Source: Flavobacteriales bacterium (GTDB taxonomy: Bacteria > Bacteroidota > Bacteroidia > Flavobacteriales > BACL11). From it: DNA of 38,847 bases. The notes under the pieces were generated by a model. That model was not told where the DNA came from and did no database searches. It saw only the letters and a program-made list of their open reading frames with translations. Location: contig DUAO01000013.1 of NCBI GenBank assembly GCA_012960805.1, forward strand, positions 1 through 38,847, read 5' to 3'. This document shows positions 27,096-35,796 of this stretch, one piece after another; position 1 is the first letter of the stretch, and every line of letters begins with the position of its first letter. The position numbers and the translations under genes were made by a program.

Positions 27096-27694
27096 TGCAA
27101 TTATCAAAGTTTATCTCCATAGTTTTGCATCCAGTATTTATGCCTTTATTGGCTTTGCACTTAACTTTAGGAGCCCTGCATTCTATAAGGGAAATAAGTC
27201 AATACCTAAATTATATTTATGGTATTGTTATTTGTTGCACAATTATATTACCCTTAATGAGCATCTTTTTTTTAATAAAGCGAGGAAGAGTTAGTTCGCT
27301 TGAAATGAGCAATCATAACGAACGATCTCTTCCTCTTTTTATAACTGTTATTTGGATGTCGTTAGGGTTTTATATGTTAAATAGCGTACTATTTTACGCT
27401 ACTATTTTAAAAGCCGAATTAATTGGCGCAATACTTATTATTCTAATTGCTGCTATCATCTCAAAATTCTGGAAAATAAGTTTACACCTACTCGGGATAG
27501 GAGGGGTGGTTGGTGTTTTTATAGCCCTTCAAATAATTCAAGGTGGTGTGCTTTACTTACTCCTTCTATTTATTCTCTTTTCAGGAATATTAGGAGTGGC
27601 GCGAATAGATCAAAAAGCACATAATCATGCGCAAGTGTATGTTGGTTTTTTATTAGGAGTTTGTATCGAGCTAGCCACTCTATTAATCTACTAA
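27095..27694 (+). CDS. Conserved membrane protein (PAP2-like C-terminus)
   Basis: S.V.HP.FMP, ER..P, WKIS.H, AR....AH...QVY.GF; about 7 TM segments; typical neighbour of rpoN in Bacteroidota. Confidence 0.75.
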   Translation: MQLSKFISIVLHPVFMPLLALHLTLGALHSIREISQYLNYIYGIVICCTIILPLMSIFFLIKRGRVSSLEMSNHNERSLPLFITVIWMSLGFYMLNSVLFYATILKAELIGAILIILIAAIISKFWKISLHLLGIGGVVGVFIALQIIQGGVLYLLLLFILFSGILGVARIDQKAHNHAQVYVGFLLGVCIELATLLIY

Positions 27695-29098
27695 TTTTAT
27701 ATCAATAATCTCAATCCTACGCTCCAAAACAGCAGCTAAACTATAAATTGATTTTAACCTATCATTAGGGTTATCACTTACTTTTACAGCAACTTTACTT
27801 TCCCCAAAAGGCAATTCAATAATTTGGAAAAGAGAATCCTCAATATAAGAGCTAAAAATCCGCCCCTGATATAGTTTAATATAATTTACAAAACTCTTTA
27901 TTCTTCGCTTAGAAAGGTTGCTATTATATTGCTTTTTGTGCAGTGGGCTTGCATACCCTTTAATCAGTAATTGTATCTTTTTTCCTTGCTTCAAATCAGC
28001 TAAAATATGAGAAAAAATAAGAGGAAGTTTATTAAAATTTCCTTTTAAACTATCCTCAAAAAATGATTCCAAATTAGGCGTATAGCTGTTGTATTCATCT
28101 TCCATTTTGAAGTAGGAAATATAGGCCTCTTTGTATGTTTTTTCTGTAGACACATTCATTGTACAACAATCAGGTTCATCATTATGGAAATATAATTTTA
28201 AGGGTAAGTATTGGGCTGAAAGCAATATATTATCCACTTCTTCAATTTCTTGTTTTTCTAGTTCAAAAGAAAAAATATCATTACAGCAAAACTCATTATT
28301 ATTGTACAATGCTTCTTTTCTATTAGACGCAAAATAACCTTTTGTTTCATCATAAAAATTGAGGTACATCTCATCCTGTTTTGAGTTAAATTGCACAGCA
28401 TTTAGTGGTTTTTCCCAAAGATTAAACTTCCCTTCAGTTTTGAAAATATCAAAGCCTCCCAATCCTCCTTTTTTATTGGATGAAAAATAAAGCACGCTTT
28501 CCTCTTTGCTGAAAAAAGGCGTTATTTCATCTGCTGGAGTATTAATCATTTTTCCAGCATTAATTGGCACACCAAAATTTCCTTGCTTATCAATTATACT
28601 GAGCCAAATATCCATTCCGCCATATCCTCCTTTTCTATCGGATACAAAATACATTACTTTTTGCTTGTTATGTATTGTAAGGTGAGGTTGAGTGTTTGTT
28701 GAATTTACTCGATTAATATTGTTGTTTAAATATTCCGTTATTTGCTTTTCATAATTTCTAAAAGCAATTTTACAATTCTCATCTTCATCACATGCACTAA
28801 AATAAAAAAATGATTCATTTTTTGGAAAATGAATATTGGCGGTTGAATAAGAATTTGCTAAATTAATATACTTCCCTTTTTGCCAATCTCCATCCTTAAA
28901 TAAACTTGAAAAAATAGCAGATTGATAAAGCTCCTCTTCCAAAGTTGAAGAGGTGTAGTGGGCTGTATTTGCATCAATTTGAACAAAATTTAATTCCGAG
29001 CCATAGCCATTAACATTGTCAGAAAGATGTTCAATTTTGATGCTTTGAGCAATCATTAAAAAAGGAAGCAACAATACTATGGTTACACTAAATTTCAT
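27683..29098 (-). CDS. PD40 beta-propeller plus atypical OmpA-like domain protein (PorE-like)
   Basis: YFVSDRKGGYGGMDIW, INT..DEITPF, LYFSSN..GGLGGFDIF; C-terminal LYFHNDEP...KGYASP...YN.NLS.RR...ERRIEI. Start at 29098 preferred. Confidence 0.8.
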   Translation of the reverse strand: MKFSVTIVLLLPFLMIAQSIKIEHLSDNVNGYGSELNFVQIDANTAHYTSSTLEEELYQSAIFSSLFKDGDWQKGKYINLANSYSTANIHFPKNESFFYFSACDEDENCKIAFRNYEKQITEYLNNNINRVNSTNTQPHLTIHNKQKVMYFVSDRKGGYGGMDIWLSIIDKQGNFGVPINAGKMINTPADEITPFFSKEESVLYFSSNKKGGLGGFDIFKTEGKFNLWEKPLNAVQFNSKQDEMYLNFYDETKGYFASNRKEALYNNNEFCCNDIFSFELEKQEIEEVDNILLSAQYLPLKLYFHNDEPDCCTMNVSTEKTYKEAYISYFKMEDEYNSYTPNLESFFEDSLKGNFNKLPLIFSHILADLKQGKKIQLLIKGYASPLHKKQYNSNLSKRRIKSFVNYIKLYQGRIFSSYIEDSLFQIIELPFGESKVAVKVSDNPNDRLKSIYSLAAVLERRIEIIDIKLVD

Positions 29099-30048
29099 TA
29101 TAAATATTTTGGGCATTTTTCCTGTTCAACAATTTTTTTCTTTTTCTTGCTCTTCCACTGGTACACCAATGCAAATTCAAATCCCCCTTTATTATTGCTT
29201 GCATTGGTCAAACTAGAGGTATTTACATCATAACTCACCACACAAGACAATCCTTCAGTTTCAGCTCCAAAATAAAGAATAAGGGCATCATTAAGCCGAT
29301 CAGCAATTCCTGATTTTAAGAGTATGTCTTGCTCCCCTTCCAATAAATAATTCACATCACAGCCCAATAAAAATTCTTTATCGGTATCCTGATTAGAAAA
29401 CACTAATTTTGGTTGAAAACGCAAATTATCAGTATAGGCATAATTAAGTGCCGTGTGAATATTCATTTTTTGATGCAAGCGAATTGCATCATTAGCAGTT
29501 AAGGATTGTTTGGGTTTATTAATATGGTAAAAAGCAATGCCGCTTTCAAGAATCGTTTTTCTATTTATCTGATACAAATTAGCAATTCCAATCGCTACAT
29601 CAGGGAAAATAAAATTAAGATTACTAAAATTTTCAGGGTCGTTAAACACTAAATCATCAAACTCAATTGACCTTTGAAAAATACCAAGCCCTGCTCCAAA
29701 ACTAAATCGGTTCTCGGCAGTTACGGCTACCTTTTTAGCATATCCAAGGTTAATTCCTGTTGTTTTAAAACGAGAATTCCCTGCAATATCATTTAGGAAT
29801 TGTACCCCAATATTATGACTGGGAAGTATGTCCTTTCGTTCCAAAGAAAAGCTAAGCGTGTTAAACGGAATACTAACACTTGCCCATTGTGATTTTCGTT
29901 GGAGGGTTGCTTTATAGTCGTTATTTTGCGCACTCACCAAGGCTGGATTCAGCAAAAAAGAAGAAGCTTTAAATTGTGAAAAATGCACATCCTGAGCCAC
30001 ACTACTAAGCGCAATACTCAAAAACAATACAACGCTTAATTTCTTCAT
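29098..30048 (-). CDS. PorP/SprF family T9SS membrane beta-barrel
   Basis: AQDVHFSQF...LNPA, R.QW, HINKP..S and SYD.N.S.L.....GGFE; follows a type B CTD protein. Confidence 0.92.
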   Translation of the reverse strand: MKKLSVVLFLSIALSSVAQDVHFSQFKASSFLLNPALVSAQNNDYKATLQRKSQWASVSIPFNTLSFSLERKDILPSHNIGVQFLNDIAGNSRFKTTGINLGYAKKVAVTAENRFSFGAGLGIFQRSIEFDDLVFNDPENFSNLNFIFPDVAIGIANLYQINRKTILESGIAFYHINKPKQSLTANDAIRLHQKMNIHTALNYAYTDNLRFQPKLVFSNQDTDKEFLLGCDVNYLLEGEQDILLKSGIADRLNDALILYFGAETEGLSCVVSYDVNTSSLTNASNNKGGFEFALVYQWKSKKKKKIVEQEKCPKYL

Positions 30049-33000
30049 CTTATTAAAGTAATATTCCCTTTTTTGAAAAGCTGCTTATCCCCAATACATT
30101 TCAGTTCTAAGTAAAAATCAAATACCTGAGGATTGAGTTTCATCCCAAGGTAAGTCCCGTCCCACTTTTCAAACTTATCAGTTGTCATAAATACTTTTTG
30201 TCCCAAACGATTAAATATCTCTAACCTAAAATCCGTAATAACACCAGCAATATCCTTGATAAAATAAAACTCATTTACTTCATCTTCATTCGGACTAAAT
30301 GCCGTTGGAACAATAATACCGTCTTCATTACAAAACACATCCAACACCTCAATACAAATACTATCCCTAACAACACAAGCATGAATATTATACACCTCAA
30401 CAACATAGTATTCTGTTTGAGTCGGACTAATCTCTATTCTGTCTGCTGTTAAAGAAAAATCCATCCAATTAAAATCATCAGTTGTTTCAATATTCAAATA
30501 AGTTGTTTCTCCTCTAAAAATCGTATCCTCATCCAACCATAAAGCATCTAAAACCGGATTGTCATAAATATTAACAAATACTGAATCCTTTATAATACAG
30601 CCATCCACATTTACCACCTCAACACTGTACCAAGCAGATGTGTCTATAAAATCATAAATACTTACTGAGTCAGCAGCATATATTACATCAGCAGGAGACC
30701 AAGAATAAGAAATTAGCGGGATGCTAGGATTCAAATTATTTACTTTTAGAAAAACACTATCTCCCATACACAAGTCTAAATCTCCAATCAAATCTATATT
30801 AATGCTTTCCATTTTTACCTCAACACTATCAATTTGCACACACATACCGTCAGAAACCTTAACATAAAACATTGCAATACTTGCAACCGTTAAGCTATCG
30901 GTAAGGCTTAGCGTATCAGTAAAGTTAACATTGGAAGACCAAAGGATATTGGAAGCTCCACTATAGCTCGCTTGCAATGTTATCGGAATATTACAATAGG
31001 AAGTGTCTTCACCAGCATCCAATAAAAAATCAGGAACTACAATTTGTTGTAATAACGTATCCGTACAGCTTCCGTTGGATATTAGTAGTTGATAGCTAAT
31101 ACTTGTTGGTGAATTGCAAAAAGGATTGGAAGCATTAGTACTACTTAAATTGGTTGAAGGAGACCAAAAGTAAGTAATAGTGGGATCATTTACTGGAAGT
31201 AAGCCAATTTGGACTTGATCTTGTTTACACTTTACAATACTCGTAATCGTATCAGATGAGTTGGCTAATATATACACCTGTTTTGTTATCGTGTCCGAAA
31301 CATTACAGGCGCCGGGAGCATTTGCAATTAAAGTAACTGTATAATTTCCTGCCTGTGTATGATTATGATTTGGATTTTCCAGACTTGAAGTAGTAGCATC
31401 TCCAAAATCCCATTGATAAGTTATTGGTGAGTTAGAACTACTTAAATTTTGAAAACTAACATTAGTATCACATCCCACCCAAGCTGCATTAAAATCAGCT
31501 ATAACCATAGGGAAATCAAAATTAAACTTAAATACCCCATTATTACAGTTTATACTATTATTGGTTACAGAAACAGCACCAGGATTAGGTTCAATTGGAA
31601 AATCGGAATTACCACCACAACCTGCACAAACGGATTGATAAATAATTCCTTTTTTATCAAAGCGGCTTGTTCCTCCATCAACATGTTCGTTACTTTGAGT
31701 ACCACCAAAATAAGTGGCATAAACCAAGCTGCTTAAAGCATCATCAACTACCATTAAATAAAAATCATTTCCATCAGTTACTCCTTGAAAAGCAGTAGTG
31801 TCCACCGGTAAATTCAGAGTTGACAATGGTCCTCCCAAATTAGACCCCCAACCTGAAAGATAAATCTTATCGCAAACATCTACCAAAAAGGCGGTTGGAG
31901 AGATATCTGGTGTACCCTTTCCTGTACCTACAACTGTTGCTCGTAAAATACTGGCTAAATCAGCAGTAAATACCGCAATAAACTGGCCCGCTCCACTTTG
32001 AAAATAAGTAGCATTCTGCACTAAAGTTGAAGCACTTGCCTTTGTTTGCCCAAATAGATAAACCGCATCCGTACTTCCAATTTCTACAAAATAAGATTGA
32101 TCATATTGTTCGGTCCCATAGTAAGAAGAGGAGAGGAGTTGCGTCCCCTCTGAGTTAATTAAGCTAATAAATGCATCTGCTCTTAACGAATCTTGATGCA
32201 CGGTTTGGTAAGTATTTGCAGTTATTGGAAAATCGGGAGATGTTGTTCCTCCTGTTACATAAATATTATCATTTTTATCTAAAGCCAAGGAGTAGATCCC
32301 GTCATCAGCACTACCTCCTAAATAGGAACTCCAAATGATAGATGTAAGTTGATTATCCATTTTAACAATACAGCCCTCCTGCCCTCCATTATTAGTTGAT
32401 TGAAGGCTACTTGTAATCGGAAAGTCAAGAGATTGGGTGCTAGTGGCAATATAGATGTTGTTATTTTTATCAATATCAATTTCACCTCTTACCTCATCTG
32501 CATAATTGAATTTTAACCTAGAGGCTGTATTCAGCCCATCATTATCAGTACCCCCTAAAAAAGTAGAGGCCAATAAATTTCCTCCGTTAGCACTTAATCT
32601 TGCTACAAAAATGTCAGTCCCATTTGGGAAACTTACCCCTATCCCTAAAGTGGATAATGGCGGACCACCATTAAAAGTAGGTTGATAGGCGGAGAGAGTG
32701 GTTGGAAAATCAGCCGAACCAGTAGTTCCGAATATAAATAATTCATTGGTAGAGTTTACAATCATGCTGTGCGGTAATTCATCTTTTATACCCCCTAAGT
32801 ATGTGGAATAAATTCTTTGCGTACCGCTTGTATCGTATTTTGTTATCGCAATATCAGTTCCTCCGGTTGAGTTAGCATAATTTAATTGATACGCACCTAA
32901 AGTAGTGGGGTAGCCTACTCCAAAAACAGTACTTCCGCTATATAAAAAACCAAGATTATCATAAGTAGCTGTGTAGCCAAAGTTATCAGCAGTAGACCCC

Positions 33001-33734
33001 GAATAAGTTGAAAATTTAAGAATTGGATCAATAATTAATGGGAGGCTTTTATTATAGCCTTCTGGAAAATTAAAGGTGACAATTTTATTATGCAATTTAT
33101 AATTACAAACAACCTCTACTTCAATATCATTTATCAGTTGATAGGCATAAGGTTTGTGTTCTATAATTGTATTTACAGATGTCTTGACAAGCAAATTGTC
33201 ATTATTAAGCGAAAGCTTACTCATGGCTTTATATTGCATTTTAATGGATTGAGGATTTCCATGTTTAGCTACAATAAACTCATACTTTAAGTGGTCGTTC
33301 TGCACATAATAAGAAATATCAATATGCTCATAAATTTCTTTGTGTAGCTGTTTTTTGTAAGATTTAACTTCAGTAGTCCAATTTGATTTAGCGCCTAAAT
33401 AATAATTTTCAAAAAATTTACTTTCTCCTTCAGCTACAATTATGTGTTCGATATTGGAATTCAAAAATGAAACTGAATACGCATGAGCATCTATAGTAAT
33501 ATTAGTTGTTAGGCCATCATGAATATCAGCTAATTGCTTGCCATTATAAAACGCATAGGTTAACTTTCCTTTCTCAATAAATAACACGCCAGAAGGAAGA
33601 TTGGTTTTAGAAATTACATTTTCAGGAAATTGCCCTTTATTTTCAATAAAAGGGTTTTGGGCGTTTGTCAAAAAAAAAAACATAGCAAAGAATATGCTGA
33701 GCTGCTGCTTTAATATGCTTTTTATAGTATTCAT
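30045..33734 (-). CDS. Large secreted protein with beta-propeller (SBBP-like) repeats, PKD domain and T9SS type B (gliding-motility-associated) CTD
   Basis: FIENKGQ N-domain, LIIDP.L.FSTYSG, repeated STYLGG / T.S.DFP.T, EHVDGGTSRFD, PKD WDFGD; CTD VPTAFSPNED.VN...IFNR.GQ.VF...WDG...KGNITLIR. Confidence 0.92.
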   Translation of the reverse strand: MNTIKSILKQQLSIFFAMFFFLTNAQNPFIENKGQFPENVISKTNLPSGVLFIEKGKLTYAFYNGKQLADIHDGLTTNITIDAHAYSVSFLNSNIEHIIVAEGESKFFENYYLGAKSNWTTEVKSYKKQLHKEIYEHIDISYYVQNDHLKYEFIVAKHGNPQSIKMQYKAMSKLSLNNDNLLVKTSVNTIIEHKPYAYQLINDIEVEVVCNYKLHNKIVTFNFPEGYNKSLPLIIDPILKFSTYSGSTADNFGYTATYDNLGFLYSGSTVFGVGYPTTLGAYQLNYANSTGGTDIAITKYDTSGTQRIYSTYLGGIKDELPHSMIVNSTNELFIFGTTGSADFPTTLSAYQPTFNGGPPLSTLGIGVSFPNGTDIFVARLSANGGNLLASTFLGGTDNDGLNTASRLKFNYADEVRGEIDIDKNNNIYIATSTQSLDFPITSSLQSTNNGGQEGCIVKMDNQLTSIIWSSYLGGSADDGIYSLALDKNDNIYVTGGTTSPDFPITANTYQTVHQDSLRADAFISLINSEGTQLLSSSYYGTEQYDQSYFVEIGSTDAVYLFGQTKASASTLVQNATYFQSGAGQFIAVFTADLASILRATVVGTGKGTPDISPTAFLVDVCDKIYLSGWGSNLGGPLSTLNLPVDTTAFQGVTDGNDFYLMVVDDALSSLVYATYFGGTQSNEHVDGGTSRFDKKGIIYQSVCAGCGGNSDFPIEPNPGAVSVTNNSINCNNGVFKFNFDFPMVIADFNAAWVGCDTNVSFQNLSSSNSPITYQWDFGDATTSSLENPNHNHTQAGNYTVTLIANAPGACNVSDTITKQVYILANSSDTITSIVKCKQDQVQIGLLPVNDPTITYFWSPSTNLSSTNASNPFCNSPTSISYQLLISNGSCTDTLLQQIVVPDFLLDAGEDTSYCNIPITLQASYSGASNILWSSNVNFTDTLSLTDSLTVASIAMFYVKVSDGMCVQIDSVEVKMESINIDLIGDLDLCMGDSVFLKVNNLNPSIPLISYSWSPADVIYAADSVSIYDFIDTSAWYSVEVVNVDGCIIKDSVFVNIYDNPVLDALWLDEDTIFRGETTYLNIETTDDFNWMDFSLTADRIEISPTQTEYYVVEVYNIHACVVRDSICIEVLDVFCNEDGIIVPTAFSPNEDEVNEFYFIKDIAGVITDFRLEIFNRLGQKVFMTTDKFEKWDGTYLGMKLNPQVFDFYLELKCIGDKQLFKKGNITLIR
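33670..33680 (-). repeat. T11 homopolymer in the signal-peptide coding region
   Basis: Coding strand ATG-TTT-TTT-TTT-TTG; the longest mononucleotide run I noticed in the window. Confidence 0.85.
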
Positions 33735-33743
33735 CTTATTTTT

Positions 33744-34976
33744 TTAATTCATCAAGATTTGCATTAAACTATCTTTTACTAACATATACACTTCTCTATT
33801 TTCTTTTTTAATCGGATCACCTGGAGGTAATTTTTGTTTAAACGGATCAACTTGCTTCCCGTCTTTCCAAAAACGATAACAAACATGAGGGCCAGTAGCT
33901 AAACCTGTACTCCCAACATAACCTATAATATCACCCTGTTTTACATATACACCTTTTCGTATTCCGGATTTTATTTTTGACATATGTAAATACTGTGTTA
34001 GATAGCTTCCATTATGTTTTACCTTAACATAATTGCCGTTATTCTTAGTGTAAGCTGCCTTCATAATTATTCCATTTGCAGTAGCCAAAATAGGCGTTCC
34101 TCTTTCAGCTGCATAATCCGTGCCAAAATGTCCTTTCCATTGTCCTGTTACAGGGTGTTTTCTTCTTTTACTATAGCGTGAAGAGATGCGTTTATACTCC
34201 ACTGGTGCCATTAAAAATGATTTACGCAAGGTTTTTCCTTGCTCATCATAATAATCCCCAAAATTCTCGTTTTCTTTATAGTAAAAAGAATAGAATTTTT
34301 GGTTTTTATGTGTAAATTCTGCAGCTAAAATTCTACCAATACCAATGTATTTTTCTGTTCCAGAACTATCAATATAATTATTCTCGTAATACACCTTAAA
34401 CCCATCGCCCTTTTGTATCTTAAAGAAATCAATAGTCCAAGCGTAAATTGTTGCTAATTCGGTTGCAATTTTACGGCTTATTTTTTGCTCTTCTACGGCT
34501 AGCCAAAGAGAGGAATTTATTTCACCATAAGCAACATTAACTCTTGTTTTAACTTCTTTTTTACCTCTATATACATCAATTCCATCCGTTAAATCTATAA
34601 CAATATAGTTTATTGAATTTTCCTGATAAATAAAATAACAGGCTTTTTCTGTAGAATCATTTTTACAAATTACAGTATACTCCTTTTCTGGACTTAGACT
34701 TCTAACGTCAAAAATTCCTTTTGATTTAGATGCTATCTCTGCAATTTGAGGGTGGTCAATATGGTTAGCGTATAAAATCTGCCCTAAAGTTTGATCTTTC
34801 CTTACTATGCCTTTTGTAACATTAAAAGAATCCACCAAAATATCATATTCATAAGAAGGTTCTTTTATCTTCTCAACAAAATCAATAGGATTTTCTTCAT
34901 TATTTTTTGTGTTTATGTTAGCTAACATAAACAGTAATGCTGTCCCTATTACTAGTATCCCAATCCATTTTTTCAT
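33744..34976 (-). CDS. M23 family peptidoglycan DD-endopeptidase (MepM-like)
   Basis: W.IDF..IQKGD.F, Zn ligands HFGTD and TGPHVCY, YLHMS. Confidence 0.9.
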   Translation of the reverse strand: MKKWIGILVIGTALLFMLANINTKNNEENPIDFVEKIKEPSYEYDILVDSFNVTKGIVRKDQTLGQILYANHIDHPQIAEIASKSKGIFDVRSLSPEKEYTVICKNDSTEKACYFIYQENSINYIVIDLTDGIDVYRGKKEVKTRVNVAYGEINSSLWLAVEEQKISRKIATELATIYAWTIDFFKIQKGDGFKVYYENNYIDSSGTEKYIGIGRILAAEFTHKNQKFYSFYYKENENFGDYYDEQGKTLRKSFLMAPVEYKRISSRYSKRRKHPVTGQWKGHFGTDYAAERGTPILATANGIIMKAAYTKNNGNYVKVKHNGSYLTQYLHMSKIKSGIRKGVYVKQGDIIGYVGSTGLATGPHVCYRFWKDGKQVDPFKQKLPPGDPIKKENREVYMLVKDSLMQILMN

Positions 34977-35015
34977 ACCGCTAATTTACTTCTTTAAATT
35001 ATTTTGTAATGCTAA

Positions 35016-35771
35016 TTATTCTCCAATTATTGACAGTGGGTATTTCAATTTTTTATAGTCCTCCAACACTGCTTTTATTGTTCCCGCCCATATCTCGGTC
35101 TCCACTCTTAATAACAAGTGGTTAGCGTCATCAGTAATCCAAATTTTCATTTTTTCCCCATCTTCAAAAACTCTTCCTTCTTGCATTTTAGGCTTAAAAA
35201 CTATGCAATCTATTTTTCCCCATTTTGTATCCATAATTTCATTGGTTAAGTATTTTATTTCCAAATTATAGTTCTCATTATCCATAAAAATAGGCACATA
35301 AAAAGATTGGCTATTAATTATGTTTTTCTTTTTAAATGTTCTTGCTAAAAAAAATGCGGAAAGCATATCTTGAGTATTTATAGGAATAAAAAATGAGGAA
35401 TCCTGAGTTATAACTCTACTGTCATTATGATTAAATTGATACCTCTGATTAATTAAATGCCCCCCCTCATTTACAAATCTTTTAAACACAAGAGGGGATA
35501 GGGTGTTGGTATCAATAAAAGTTTCGTAAACATCCCGCACTTTAAAAAACCAGTCAAAAAAAGGAGTTGTTCTTCCTTTGCCAACAATATGAAAGACGGG
35601 TCTATTATTTAACTGTATGCTTTCAGTAATCTCCAAATAAGCAAACCCTACATTAATTGCTCCAAAAGAAACTTTATAGGCGGCATATTCACCTACCTTA
35701 TAGGGCAAATCAGTTTGTGAAAAAACAAGAGTAGAAATTCCAAAAAGTACTATAAACAAACACTGCTTCAT
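35016..35771 (-). CDS. DUF3108 domain protein
   Basis: GE...Y.V.FG...VG, FFKVRD.YE, QDMLSAFF, GRVF and IWITDD.N motifs. Confidence 0.82.
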   Translation of the reverse strand: MKQCLFIVLFGISTLVFSQTDLPYKVGEYAAYKVSFGAINVGFAYLEITESIQLNNRPVFHIVGKGRTTPFFDWFFKVRDVYETFIDTNTLSPLVFKRFVNEGGHLINQRYQFNHNDSRVITQDSSFFIPINTQDMLSAFFLARTFKKKNIINSQSFYVPIFMDNENYNLEIKYLTNEIMDTKWGKIDCIVFKPKMQEGRVFEDGEKMKIWITDDANHLLLRVETEIWAGTIKAVLEDYKKLKYPLSIIGE

Positions 35772-35775
35772 AGCA

Positions 35776-35783
35776 CAAAGATA
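35776..35783 (-). promoter_or_regulatory. -7 box TATCTTTG for the DUF3108 gene
   Basis: Exact TAnnTTTG match, 4 nt before the ATG at 35771. Confidence 0.7.
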
Positions 35784-35796
35784 GCAATTAAGATTA

